A model generated the notes under the pieces. That model did not search any database, was not told the DNA's origin, and worked only from the letters and a program-made list of their open reading frames with translations. Of a stretch of 64,000 bases of DNA, positions 1 through 12,661 are shown one piece after another; position 1 is the first letter of the stretch; every line of letters begins with the position of its first letter. Where the stretch lies: assembly GCF_006345805.1 (NCBI RefSeq), contig NC_042998.1:35960001-36024000 (forward strand), written 5' to 3'. The stretch is from Octopus sinensis (lineage: Eukaryota). The translations under genes and the position numbers were made by a program.

Positions 1-1399
1 AAGGAGTGATGGCCGATGCCATCGACATAGGAATGTTTTGTTAAAAGTGACAACTAGATTATCATCTGTGTATCTACCAGTGTTTATAGAATCTAAGTCT
101 AGCGTGGGTCCTGTCTGTATATGCTAAAAAGAAATTCTTCATCTGAGAGATGAAGAAAGGATGGATTTCGTAGAAGAGTAATTTTGAGAAAGAGTCTCAT
201 GCTAGACATAGCTGAAAGTTTTTTCTAATTTTGAAGACAACAAAATTACTTTTAGTAATTTGTGAACCTCTTCCTTGTGTTCCAGATCCTTGAAACTACA
301 AAAATAATTACAATGGGAGTAGGAGATACTCCACGGGTACCGTAAACATTCTATTCCATTATAATTCCCTTGGAAACAATATCAAATTTTATTTCGCTTT
401 CCTGTCTCTGTGTATCATTCCCACCGAACAAACCACTATTTTAACTGTTCATCATTTTAGCAGAAATAGGAAAAAAATTCTTAAGTAAAAAAAAAAACAA
501 AAGCCCAGTTATGGATGCAATTGTCTCTCGTTGTTACTTTTATGAAATTGTTGACATCTATACAAACGTTGTTGTTGTTGTTGTTTTTTTTTTACATCTT
601 TCATACTGAAGAAAACGGTGAAATAAATATTTCTTAGCTTCAAATCATATGAATTACAGATATGTCCGAATTTTCATTTTCAAAATTCCGAGAAGAAAAA
701 AAGAGAACTCCAAACAAAAAAAAGTACAGAGACTAAAATAAGAAAACGGCGCCATCTTCGAGCCTAAAACTGATTCTCCGAACCAAAAAAAGAAAAGAAA
801 GAAAGAAAAAAAGGAAGAACGATAAATAAAGGTGAACGATAAATAAAAACACGACTGAAATGTTTTATGTTGCTGTCAAGACGATATGAAAAGATCTTTT
901 TTAGTTGGTTCTTGCAATACTCATGAACAAAGCAAGTGTAGTTCTATGCAATACCAGTAACTATCATGGGGCTTTCTCGAAAAAAAACAAGATAAAAAAA
1001 TAAGAAAGACCGAAACAAACCAGTTCACCACTCATCTGATGTAGGTATTTATAATACTGCTCTTTAAGTATGCGCATTCCTAATAGTATAGATGCATATA
1101 TTTGTGTGTGCACGCGTGTGAGTATGCATGCATGTATGTATGTATGTATACATGCATACATGCACGCAAACACACACATGCACACACACACACATCATTT
1201 AATATACACTATTTACAGAACAGCTGCTAATAGTTTCATGCTGTGGAGACACAATAGGTTAGAAGATTTATATAACATGCCATGCTTCTTGGAAGCAATC
1301 GTTCAGGTTCAGAGCATACCGTGAGACCTACGTGAAAACCAGGACACTGCTCTATGAGCAAACATGAGAAAAAATGGAAATAAAACGCGAAAAAAGTGG

Positions 1400-2520
1400 A
1401 ATAAAACCAAGCGTTGTCTCCCCTTTGTTAGTAGAAATCCGAATTAATGTAGAATAATATAACGGAGAGGAGGACAAAGAAGTATTTTAGTTCAGTTTCT
1501 ATTTCAAGCAATGTTTGTATGAGATAGGCTCCTTCGCTATCCTTTAGTGGCCCTCTTAAATGGTTCGAGATCTTTGCCCGTCGTCTCTTTAGAATTTTCC
1601 TTTCCCTGAGAATTATGTTTTTCTGTTGGGTTGTCGTTCTCTCTGGAGCAAACTCACAACATAGGCCAATCATGATTGTCATAAAGTTCTGCAGCTATAA
1701 GACAATATCTTCCGCAAAGAGACTGGTAGACTAGTTTTAGTCCATGACATCTTTCTGAACACCTTCCAATCAGCTTTATAGAAGTTCAGGCTGGAAAGGA
1801 GCTGGGTGCTTCTAGTAGCCTTATGTTGGCAGTTTTCTACGGATCATACATTGTTAATTCTATCAAATTATTTCCCGAGAAAATCGTTGGTGGGGAGGGG
1901 GTCACCTTAATATCATGGATGAGCGCCGTGTTATTTGTAAAGCAGAGTTCCTGAACAATTTACTCCTTGTTGGGTAGAGCACTATTTTCTCCATAAAGAA
2001 CATGTTCGTGAGGTCGAGTGGAGACTCTGTTCATGCAAGGTGGCTCTCAGGCCATTCGACATCAGGGAGGCTGAAGTCTCCTAAAAGTATGTGAAAGCTA
2101 TTATCTTGGATGGTTAATACTTCTCCCCTGTTTTCGAGTCTCTCTTCGAATGAGTCCCCATGATCTGGAGCATCTGGTGGGCGATATGTAGTACATATTA
2201 CTATTTTCATCTGTTTAATGTGTACCACCAGAGTATCCCAGATTGAGTTTGAGTGCGACAGCAGGATTGCAGGCGTGACGTCTTCCTGGAGGTACATTGC
2301 ATCTCCAGCATGAGGCCTTTCTCTCCTGTCTGTTCGAAACACAGCAGACTTTGGTGAGTGTATTTCAGCATTATGGCATGGCAGCGTTCAGAAGTGTTTC
2401 TGTTAGTGCCTTGTACATATTGCTGGATGTAAGTCTCTCAGGTCCTGGGTTTTGCGTTGGTGGGACGTTACAAGGCCCCTGACACTCGGCAAGAATACTG
2501 GTGTGACTTGGGGTGTCGGT
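1400..2520 (-). mobile_element. Decayed CR1/L2-like LINE ORF2 fragment (AP endonuclease region)
   Basis: ORF 2031-2342 reads IVICTTYRPPD...HILLGDFSLPDVEW, matching the YRPP and GDFN motifs of LINE APE domains. Neighbouring frames are broken by stops and frameshifts. Confidence 0.8.
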
Positions 2521-2534
2521 GGTGGCCATTGGTC

Positions 2535-2851
2535 CACACTCACACACACACATTCACTCACACACACAAACATATACATACAAACACACACTCACACACA
2601 CATATACATAGAAACACACACTCAGACACACAAATACATACAAACACACACACAAACACACACATACAAACACAAACATACAAACACACTCACACACACA
2701 AACACACACTCACAAACACACATACAAAAACACTCACACACACACACTCACACACACGCACTCACACACACATACAAACACACACACTCACACATACATA
2801 CAAACACACATACACACACAAAACACATACAAACACACACTCAGACACACA
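2535..2851. repeat. Degenerate (CA)n microsatellite
   Basis: Directly visible; it is the source of the HTHT ORFs. Confidence 0.95.
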
Positions 2852-2999
2852 TTAAAAAAACACTCTACAGAGATGCCAAGAATTGTGGACATCCCATTCG
2901 GTTGGGTGTGGACATGGACATTAGCAATTTAAAGGAGAATGGTTACGAATATAACTAGAGTGGTTTAGGTCCTAAGCATCTGGTGTACATGAACGAAAG

Positions 3000-3700
3000 A
3001 AAATTAAGAAGAATTTGGGAATGGGTGACGTTGTTACTAAAAATTGAATTATGTTCCCCTAACAAAAACGCTCAATAATTCACAGAAGTTGAGATAATAA
3101 CCTCGACTGGAAATGGTAGCATAAGGTGGCATTACCAAACAAGAAAATGACTCATTACTCATGGGGTGCACAATTCTAAAAGCAGATATTCACAGGTTGC
3201 ATGTCTCAAGGCATAAAAAAGAAACAAGATTTATTTAAATAGACAAGCTTTTAAATATAACACAACGTGGAGCAAGGTTTTATCTGCTGTCTCTATTTGA
3301 AGGACTGACAATTATAGAAACGGCAAATATCCTTTTCTTGTCGTCCGCCAGGTCATTACAAAAGTTCGTTATGTAAAGTTAAACAGACATCTCGCTCTAC
3401 ATGCCATCACCTTATAAAGCTGTTTGCCAAATGGATGATTTAATTGCTATCATGAAAAAAAAAAGACTCCCCAAAACTGGTAGACAAGTCAAGTACATCG
3501 TCAGTTTTACAAATCTCTGGAAGAGAAAGGCGTATTTATTTAAGTGGTTCAGTGTTACCGGTCTGGATAAGCAGAGCAAGTATCAAATGTAAAATAATCT
3601 CTTAAGAAAGCATCACAGGATCAATCGTTAGTCATAAAACACGTCACAGCATTAGTCTTTAATATAACTAAAGAATCTTGGAATATAATCCAATGCCTCT
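3000..3700 (+). mobile_element. Possible very old R4/Dong-like RT fragment
   Basis: QMDDLIAI (ORF 3401) resembles the YMDDLKL RT motif; the rest is heavily decayed. Confidence 0.3.
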
Positions 3701-3842
3701 GAATGTCTATTATTAACCAAAGCTCTACACATGAACCAAGATGACCAAGATGACCAATATCTTCACTGGACAAGTGCGGAAGAATTTTTTCCTAATTGGA
3801 CATTTCAATGATGTCATCCAAATAATCTTGGTTTTATTTAAA

Positions 3843-4040
3843 GCTCTTGGTCACTCTGGTATCTTGATCATACTCAGCTCTAGGTCACTGTGAACTCTTG
3901 GTCACTCTGAGTTCTTGGTTATTCTGGGATATTCTGAGCTGTTGGTCATTCTGATCCCTATGTCTATTTGAGCTCTCGGTCATTCTAAGTTATTGGTCAT
4001 CCTAAGATATTAGTCGCTTTGAATTACGGTTATCCAAAGC
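3843..4040 (+). repeat. Degenerate ~17-18 bp minisatellite (ctcttggtcattctgag-like)
   Basis: About ten diverged copies of a ttggtca...ctgag motif. Confidence 0.7.
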
Positions 4041-5051
4041 AAAGTATCAGATCTCAGATTCAATGTGTTCTGGAGCTTAGAGACAGAAATACTAATGCAA
4101 ACAGTCTGTGGAACATTGTAAAAATAGAACCAGCAGACTTTTGTTCAAACCCGGTAAGATTTACCAATAAAACACGGCAATAAACTGTTGATAAAGAAGA
4201 ATAGTTACAAGAACAAACAAGCTGAGATGTAGGGAAGGAGGGCATAAAATATCACATTGAACTGTTGATGTGAAATTCGCTACAATAACAGATAAGGTAT
4301 CTTAAAAAAATTATATTGGGAATTAAAAACCAAATAAATACAAAGGAGCTTGGTTATTGCCCTTAAGACAAAATTTAAGAAAACTAAACACACACGTACA
4401 CACATTCATACATACTTTAATATCTGCATACATATATGCATACATGCAAATACACATGCACACATGCCTGCATACATGTACATGCATTCATGCATACAGA
4501 CATTCATGAATGCATACACACACACAACCTGTTTGGATTTTGGGAAGAGCATAAACAAATCTTGAAGAAAAACAAAGTGTGAATTATAATAATTTCACAT
4601 TCCGAGCAGAATAAATAGAAAACACTCACAGCGTTGAATGGAAGAAATCGAGTAAAACAATCGGAAGACAGACATTGGTTGAATATTATTAAGTTATGAG
4701 TGATTACAGTGCGGTTGTGTTATTCGCCTGCAGCCAAATGTAATATAAAATTAGACGAGCCCACTTTGAAGGAATAATAACCTTGATGTCACGTAAGGAA
4801 TGTCAGCTCATGCACTATTAGATATAAGAACTAATTGCATGAAACCCACCCGAAAACCAAATCCAAAATAATCGAAAACGGAAGAACTGTTTATCTGTAA
4901 AATGCAGCATCTTAATCTTTTACCATCGTTACACATTTTAGCAAAGGTAATAAATCTCAGCGACCCTTTTAAAAATATTTTAATATAAAAATATATTTCT
5001 AAAAATCTGATGCATCAGCATTTGATGGTTTCGGTTTCTATTCGCTGTAAG

Positions 5052-5354
5052 TGTCGTGTTGTGGCCCTCATGCGTTTCCTTTATTATATAACCATATCTT
5101 TATTTTTTCACTCTTTTACTTGTTTCACTCATTGGACTGCGGCCATACTGAGGCACCGGTTCGAAAGGCTGTAGTCTAATGAATCGATCCTAGGACTTAA
5201 TTTGTCGTGTTGTGGTCCTCATGCTTTTCCTTTATTGTATAACCATATCTTTATTTTTTTCTCTCTTTTACTTGTTTCAATCATTGGATTTCGGCCATAC
5301 AGAGGCACCGCTTCGAAGGGCTGTAGTCGAATGGATCGATCCCAGGACCTAATT
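5052..5354 (+). repeat. Diverged ~151-bp tandem duplication (flank plus SINE B tail)
   Basis: tgtcgtgttgtgg..ctcatgc... starts at 5052 and again at 5203. Confidence 0.85.
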
Positions 5355-5600
5355 TTTAAAGCCTGGTATTTATTCTCTAGGTCTCTTATGCCGAACGGGC
5401 TAGTTATGGGGGCGTAAACAAACTAACGCCGGTCTTCCAGAGGTGGTGCGGGAAAACTCAAACACAAAGGTACACACACACACACCACACACAAGCACAC
5501 ACACATATACTCACATACACATACACACATAGACGACGGGCTTCTTTCGGTTTCCGTCTACCAAATCCACTCCCAAGGCTTTGGTTGATCTGGAGCTGTT
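5258..5600 (-). mobile_element. SINE family B copy, head truncated
   Basis: Shares cttttacttgtttca...gacgggcttctttc.gtttccgtctaccaaatccactc with the full copies at 29895 and 44468. Confidence 0.8.
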
Positions 5601-6049
5601 GACCTGGAGACCCACCCGGTCTGAATCCGGAACATTTAACTTCTAATCAATTATTTTAAAACTGAAATATTTTGCCCCTCGGGTGGCAAAGAACGGAATT
5701 AAGCGGCCACCGAAATTGGATCGCAACCTGGAACATAAGGCCACGAACGTTATAATGACTAAAGCACGCATTGGCTTCACTTCAACAAACAACTGATGAT
5801 TGGCACTTTTACAAATAACGACAAATCACAAAAACACAAACGTACGAAGGAAAAAATAAAAGGGAAAAAATCCTTCAACATGGCTGAGTAGTTAAGAAGC
5901 TCTCTTTGTAGCCACGTGGTTTCGGGTTCACTCCCACTGCTCGGTACCATAGGAAAAGATCTATTATAGCAGCAACTCGACCAATGCCATGTTTACATTT
6001 ATCGTAATAATATTAATATATAATAATAATAATATATATATATATATGT

Positions 6050-6360
6050 ATATATGGATACAGGACGTCACCAACAGTAAACAACATGAAATACGAAAAC
6101 AAGTGAGTTAAGTAAGTAAGCAACGAGAGAAAAATAAATGGAAAACAGGACAAATGATACAAAGAATACCCTTCATCAGTTGTCGGCTGTCTATCTACTC
6201 CCCATTTCCAGCAATCAACGACAATATGAGTCTTCGAAGACTACTACGGGCTTCACTGTAATAATCCCAGGAATACGGACTGTGATCTTAAGAGACATCT
6301 AATTTGTGGAAACGCGCGTAGCTATGCATTAACATGTTTATAAAATTCCATCCAAGGATT
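6050..6360. mobile_element. Putative Penelope-like terminal-repeat relics with partial hammerhead motifs
   Basis: Minus strand near 6165-6188 reads gccgacaa-CTGATGA-aggg. Plus strand 6286-6323 reads CTTAAGA-gacatctaatttgtg-GAAACGCGCGTA, with the palindromic stem III typical of PLE hammerheads. Confidence 0.4.
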
Positions 6361-6384
6361 ATTGTTATTATATACATATATACA

Positions 6385-6556
6385 TAGTTCTATATTTAAG
6401 AGATGAGGAATTATTTACATTATTTACATTTGACGGATATTTGTCTTCATCTTGTTTGTTGTTAGCACAACGTTTCGGCTGATATACCCTCCAGCCTTCA
6501 TCAGGTGTCTTGGGCAAATTTCGAACCTGGGTTCTCATTCATAAGGTATTTTTAGA

Positions 6557-6615
<59 letters not shown>

Positions 6616-6671
6616 TCACTGTCTGGAATCGAACTCGGAATCTTGGGGTTAGTAGCCCGCGCTCTTAACCA
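6385..6671 (-). mobile_element. tRNA-head/(AAT)n/hammerhead non-autonomous element
   Basis: Minus strand reads TGGTTAAGAGCGCGGGCTACTAACCCCAAGATTCCGAGTTCGATTCC (A and B box-like), then (AAT)n, then the hammerhead and a tail ending cttaaatatagaact. The same element recurs at 10.5-11.1 kb and 34.5 kb. Confidence 0.75.
6464..6510 (-). ncRNA. Minimal type I hammerhead ribozyme (intact core)
   Basis: AGACAC-CUGAUGA-A-GGCUG gagggtatat CAGCC-GAAAC-GUU-GUGCU. It has stem I, the CUGAUGA core, a 5-bp stem II, GAAA and a palindromic AACGUU stem III. Confidence 0.75.
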
Positions 6672-6915
6672 TGGTTATTTGCTTCCATTACTGTTGTTCA
6701 TTCTGGTGAACGACATCTGCCAACATTAGGAAATAACTCCGATCCCCCCAGAAGGAGTTGTTTGGACTTGTAACACAATACCTTGTCCCCTTTGTGTCAG
6801 TTTGATTTGTTAATATATATATGTACAACTCCTTCTGGGGGGATCGGAGTTATTTCCTAATGTTGGCAGATGTCGTTCACCAGAATGAACAACAGTAATG
6901 GAAGCAAATAACCAT
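6671..6915. repeat. Perfect 91-bp inverted repeat (6671-6761 / 6825-6915)
   Basis: atggttatttgc...gaaggagttgt is the exact reverse complement of acaactccttc...gcaaataaccat. Confidence 0.95.
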
Positions 6916-7044
6916 CGGATAGACCCAGCTTCCGTCTTCAGGGTGGAGAAATAAAAATCGGACAATTCAGACCATAATGCAGGGAAATTTAAAGGTTGTC
7001 TCTCATAATCCGTGAAAGACGGTTCTGCTATTCTTACCTAACGA

Positions 7045-7275
7045 CCTGCACAAATGATTTGTTCATAGTGATCAAATGTTTGTGCCACATATCATCTCAC
7101 TGCCCTCCATCAAATCGACGTTGCCCTAACTAGAGCACGGTGTACCACGCACCAGGTGTCCAAGTGATCGTAGGACAACGTGAGATGAAGTGTTTTGTCC
7201 AAGAACACAACGCACCGCCTGGTCTAGGAATTGAACCACGATCTCGCGATCGGGAGTGCAGCACCTTAACCATAC
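7045..7275 (-). mobile_element. SINE family C-related copy (tRNA-like head)
   Basis: Minus strand reads tggttaaggtgctgcactcccgatcgcgagatcgtggttcaattcctagaccaggcg, followed by gttcttggacaaaacacttcatctcacgttg. Confidence 0.65.
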
Positions 7276-7649
7276 CTCATAAAATAGGTGTAAGAGCAAA
7301 TGGGAGACGAGGGGCAACACTTGTTTCCTTGAGCGAGTTGCTCAGAAAAGTCGAGACGTTATACGATTAAAAGATACAACTCGCTGTTCTGTATAGAGGG
7401 CTTGTATCTATTTATTAAGTCAAGAAAACGTATGAGTGTCACCATTCCGAAGAGTCGAAGTCGAAATATTTGGCATAAGAGAATAATAGAATCTGAGATA
7501 AAAGAATGAAGTGGAATCGCTCTTAAAAGACAAAATAATAAAACCAAAAACAGTAAATATTCTTCATTAATATTTGACTGTAAGACTGATCCCATGAGGC
7601 ATTAATGGAATTTGAAACATTGAATCACAGAAGTGTTGGAAACGGACCA

Positions 7650-8400
7650 AACATTATGTAACATCACGAAATACCCCAAGAAAAAAATATACAGTTCATG
7701 TGTTGCATATATTTAGGGAGGGACAAACTAAATACAAAATAAGAAGATGCCTGCTTGATACATCGGAATGTCTGTTGAACGTTAAAAATTGGAGGATGAG
7801 TCAGTTCTGGCAAGAAGCAAAAACGCAAAACCAAAAACCAAGAAATTGATAGTGATAATAAGAAACACTCCATTTTATAGAGAACCCACCTCACAAACGC
7901 GAATATCTACCAGCATTAGATAAAAGGAAATTGAGAAAGCAGTGGAGATTAGTACAAAGTAGTAACCAATTACATGGTAACAACTGGAATTGAAGTACAT
8001 CTCAAAGAAAATAAAAGACGGTTGCAAATAGTGTGAAAAAAATAACAAGAAAATACCAAAAGGCTACAAAGCGTAAAAACGAAACAAGATTAAGGGCTTC
8101 CGTGAAATTTTGAACGAGTTGCACCAACGAACATGCAAAAGACAGCGATCATAAGAAAGAACTGGTGTAAATAATGTTATAAGCAAAGGAAGGGAAAATA
8201 ATACAAAAAGTTACAAAATAAATGGCTTCATAAACTGCAGTGAAGAAAATACCCTTAACAGATTAATACATTCGACTCCATAACCACACGCATTTATTGT
8301 GATAGAACAAGAAACAGAATTAGAAGGGCTTACAAGATGCGGATCAGCATCACTGCCTCCACACACGAACATTAAGACAAAACAGAAACAAGATAAAACA
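7650..8400 (+). mobile_element. Highly decayed R4/Dong-like LINE fragment
   Basis: Broken frames LQNKWLHKLQ*RKYP and ETELEGLTR resemble the W..K.LHGKY and ETEG...AAQDQ region after the R4/Dong RT. Confidence 0.35.
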
Positions 8401-9034
8401 AACACATATAAAAAAAAGGACGTCAATGAAACATGTTATATATATATTGTTTTACTTGCTTTTACAGGGCTGTCATCGGAATTGCGGCAATACTGGAGCA
8501 TCACTTTCTAGGGATTTTGGTCGATTTCAGTTTGGGACATAAAAGAGCCAGAACATAAACTAGCACACACATGCAGAGATTATATATATATATATATGTA
8601 AGTGTGTGTGTGTGTGTGCGTGTGTGTGCGTGTGCGTGTGTGGTCGAAGGAATAATCACCATCAGCAGAGTTGCTTTAATTCAAGAATTGCATAAAATGG
8701 GTTTTCTGAAAAGCGATGATATTGTTAGGAAAAATTCTGTCGACGAGAGCAAAGTAACGTGATTAAACTGAAGGAAAATCTTCACAGATTAGCATCGCCT
8801 ACCATTGTTAAGTAAATGGATCTCCGTCTGTTTCGGCGATGGCTGTTCAGTTGAGATATTTGTTCATTGAATTGATGTGTAAGAGGCTGAGTATTCCAGT
8901 GTATGACGAAACTGGACCTTTGGATTACGCGTAGCATACATTCGACGAGTTTCCGGACAGTATACGTTTGGGTCAATCTTAAGATATCGTAAAAGACACA
9001 TGCCGGAGGTGTCACGCAGTGGTATTGAACTAAA

Positions 9035-9266
9035 AGGCGGCGAGCTGGCAGAATCGTTAGCAGGCCAGACGAAATTCTTAGAGGTATTTCGTCTGCTGCT
9101 ACGTTCTGAGTTCAAATTCCGCCGAGGTCGACTTTGCCTTTCATCCTTTCGGGGTCGATAAATTAAGTACCAGTTAAGCACTGGGGTCGATATAATCGAC
9201 TTAATACCTATGTCTGTCCATGTTTGTCCCCTCTATGTTTAGCCCCTTGTGGGTAATAAAGAAATA
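9035..9266 (+). mobile_element. SINE family A monomer
   Basis: Head ggcggcgagctggcagaa, B box-like gagttcaaattcc, core gcctttcatcctttcggggtcgataaattaagtacc. The 14-bp TSD ggtattgaa(c/t)taaa lies at 9021 and 9267. Confidence 0.9.
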
Positions 9267-9711
9267 GGTATTGAATTAAAGATCTCGTGATTGCGAAGTG
9301 GACGTCTTAACCATTAAATCTTCACGAATCCACACAAACACGCAAACACGATGTTCACTGCAAAATCATGGACGCCCCGAGTTTGATCCTGCAGCCAGGG
9401 ATCTTGGACAAGACACTCCGCCAGAGTTTCATCTCTTATCCAAACCTTGTAATTGAAATTCATTAGACACAAACCGTAGGCGACTTCATGGGATGGGCTG
9501 TAACAAGTTTCTCCCTGTAATTGTAGGCAGTCATCTTTCTCAAAGAACAATTCATTTCTTCCCCACCAAAGATTATAACCATAGGCCGCTAGTTATATAA
9601 TTCAGCTGGTATTACTTGGATGTCCTTAAAATCTAGAAAATGCTGAGCCAAGGAGCTGATTCTGGCAAAAGAGCCTTTTTTTTTATAAGGTATTGTTATT
9701 GTCGTTATTAG

Positions 9712-9941
9712 GGCGGCGAGCTGGCAGAAACGTTAGCACGCCGAGCGAAATGCTTAGCGGCATTTCGTCTGCCGCTACGTTCTGAGTTCAAATTTCGCTG
9801 AGGTCGACTTTGCCTTTCATTCTTTCGGCTTCGATTAAATAAGTACCAGTTACGCACTGGAGTCGACGTAAACGACTTAATCCGTTTGTCTCTCCTTGTT
9901 TGTCCCCTCTGTGTTTAGCCCCTTGTGGGCAATAAAGAAAT
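9712..9941 (+). mobile_element. SINE family A monomer
   Basis: Same consensus; flanked by gttattgt(c/t)gttatt. Confidence 0.9.
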
Positions 9942-10554
9942 AGTTATTGTTGTTATTGTCGCTGCTGTTGGTTCTGCTGCTGTTTATTGCACCCGAGGTA
10001 TTGGTGGAGATGTTTTTCGTTCGTTCCTTCGCTTCATGTAATGCATTTCTTGCTGTTGTGGGTGTTTGTATTGAAGCACTTTCACTGCGGGATTCAAAAT
10101 GAAACTCCAACCAATCAAAGAGCATCTTTATATGGTCACCTGACCTGTAAAATTATAGCAGCAAAACCTCCCTCAAAGCCTACAGCCAGTGATCATTTGA
10201 ATACCTTTAACCATAGAATTGCTCGATCGGGTTGACCTGTAGTCAAACAACAACAACAACAACAACAACAACAAATGCAGAAACAACAATAACAACAACA
10301 CAGACATTCATTGTTATTCTAGGAAATTTCGGTCTATTCCATTAGCCACAAGTATATTTCCCCCACCCAGCCCCAACTATAGGAAATATTTAGAGACAAT
10401 GTCCCATTTCCGTTTATGACAAAAGCAGAGACTAGCCAAAATATATTCCAATTTTCATTGACCAAATATTCAAGTTATTATTCATCCTTGTGTAGACCCC
10501 TTAAAATAATGTGTTTCTTTTTATTTGGTATTAAAAAATAATTATGATAATTTT

Positions 10555-11068
10555 ATTTATTTATTTACATTATTTACATTACGGATATTTGTCCTCATCT
10601 TGTTTGTTGTTAACACAACGTTTCAGTTGATATACCCTCCAGCCTTCATCAGGAGTCTTGGGGTAATTTCGAACCTGGGTTCTCATTCCTAATGGTATTT
10701 TTCGATGTTGTTATTATTATTATTATTTTTCAGGTCATTTCCTGAAATAGAACTCGGAATCTTAACCACTACGCCATATGCCAGTGGGCAATTATGGTTA
10801 AGAGCGCGGGCTATTAACTCCAAGATTCCGAGTTCGATTCCAGACAGTGACCTGAAAAAAAAAAAATTAATAATAATAATAACAACATCGAAAAATACCT
10901 TAGGAATGAGAACCCAGGTTTCAAATTTTCCCAAGACACCTGATGAAGGCTGGAGGTTATACCAGCCGAAATGTTGTGTTAACAACAAACAAGATGAGGA
11001 CAAATATCCGTCAAATGTAAATAATGTAGATAATGTACATAATTCCTCATCTCTTAAATATAGAACTG
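10555..11068. mobile_element. Head-to-head inverted pair of the tRNA-head/hammerhead element
   Basis: Minus copy ~10555-10785 and plus copy ~10785-11068. Hammerheads at 10612-10658 (-) and 10934-10980 (+); tRNA-like head at 10795-10854 (+). Confidence 0.8.
10934..10980 (+). ncRNA. Minimal type I hammerhead ribozyme
   Basis: agacac-CTGATGA-a-GGCTGG aggttata CCAGCC-GAAA-tgtt-gtgtt. Confidence 0.65.
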
Positions 11069-12337
11069 ATTTTTTTTTATTGGTTGCCATAACTCCAGAC
11101 TCTGGGGCAATACAAAGAGGAAATAAAAGAAAAAAACATTAAAGGGTTTAGATTAAGTGTAAAGAAGGCGTAATCAACAAAATACGTAACTATAAAATGT
11201 GAACAAGAAGTAGTTTCTTGCATTCCTTTCAGTCTCGTAACCATAACAGACCTATTTAGCCTCTTCATTCTCGCCATTTCTGCCCACTTTTCAAAAAAAC
11301 AAGCGAGGGGGTAGCGCCCTCCTCTTCTCTTTCAACCTTTATATTCAGGACGTACTTTAAGATGTTGAGAGCCTGGTTAGGCTTATATAAATTCCTATTA
11401 TAGGCACAAGGCCATACGCACAAGGCCATACGCACTTGGAAGAAAACGCCTGGGTGGTTATAGTGGCAGAGTACATGACTGCTACTTTGTTTTATCGTTC
11501 ACGGTAGGATGGAATGCTAAGTCAAGCATCGGCGGAATTTTAATTGAGAACCCAGAGTGCCAGGGTGACTACCGCAATGTAGTTGTCTGACGCTCTTACG
11601 TTTCTGTTAATTTACCATTCTAGTAATGATTGCTTCTTACGCAGGCATTTTATTTCATACTCTACCAATTCTGCCGGATAAGAAGAACATCATCGAAAGA
11701 AAAAGAATATGAAAGACGTGGATATATGACGAAAGAGAATATAAACTCTGCTGGAGTCTGTATTTTCTGTCGTCATATATCTCAGTCTATCCAAAAAGGT
11801 TGCGAAGTTATCAAAATATAGGGTTTAGCGACAGAAATAAAATGTGCATGGGGGGGGGGGGGTGAGTGTTAAAGCTAACTATGATAATTGAAGCATTAAG
11901 GGAATCTAAAGAAAAAAAAGGAAACAATCCCTCGAAGGTTTTAGGTATCTTACATTTATCTTACACTAAAAGCATTATTACTTCACTACATGTAGGATCC
12001 GTCTCGTAAATTGAATGCACGAAACACATTCAATCACTACATGCGTATGAGACACTCAATGTTTCAAATAAAAAAAACAACAACAATAAATCAGAAAAAA
12101 TGTTGATATAGAAACACTAAGAATTATTTGTGAGACAAGACAAAATTTTAGTGGAGAATAGCAAATATCTCCAGAATGATGAAAGAACACAATCGGGATT
12201 TGAACTTAAAACTTAAAGGAGTGAATCGCGACATTACTGGAATTTTGTACAACACCGACCCGCACGCTTTGCGCAAAATATAATTGTTAACAAAGATACA
12301 ATGTCACCATGGACGGTGTCTTTATACCTGATTATTA

Positions 12338-12661
12338 AGGCGGCGAGCTGGCAGAAACGTTAGCACGTCGGGCGAAATGCTTCACGGTATTTCGCCCGTC
12401 GCTACGTTCTGAGTTCAAATTCCGCCGAGGTCGACTTTGCCTTTCATCCTTTCGGGGTCGATAAATTAAGTACCAGTTACGCACTGGGGTCGATGTAATC
12501 GACTTAATACCTATGTATGTCCTTGTTTGTCCCCTCTGTGTTTAGCCCCTTGTGGGTAATAAAGAAATAGGTATTTCGCCCGTCGCTACGTTCTGAGTTC
12601 AAATTCCGCCGAGGTCGACTTGCCATTCATCCTTTCGGGGTCGATAAATTAAGTACCAGTT
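12338..12661 (+). mobile_element. SINE family A, 1.5-mer
   Basis: Full unit, then the gaaata|ggtatttcg junction near 12570 and a second body. Confidence 0.9.

Noticed and set aside
8864-9181. Recurrent ORF peptide WYLIYRPRKDERQSRPRRNLNSER as a gene family
   Set aside because: It is the antisense translation of the SINE A core.
10785-10860. Functional tRNA gene
   Set aside because: It lacks a proper acceptor stem and oligo-T terminator, and is the head of a dispersed repeat.
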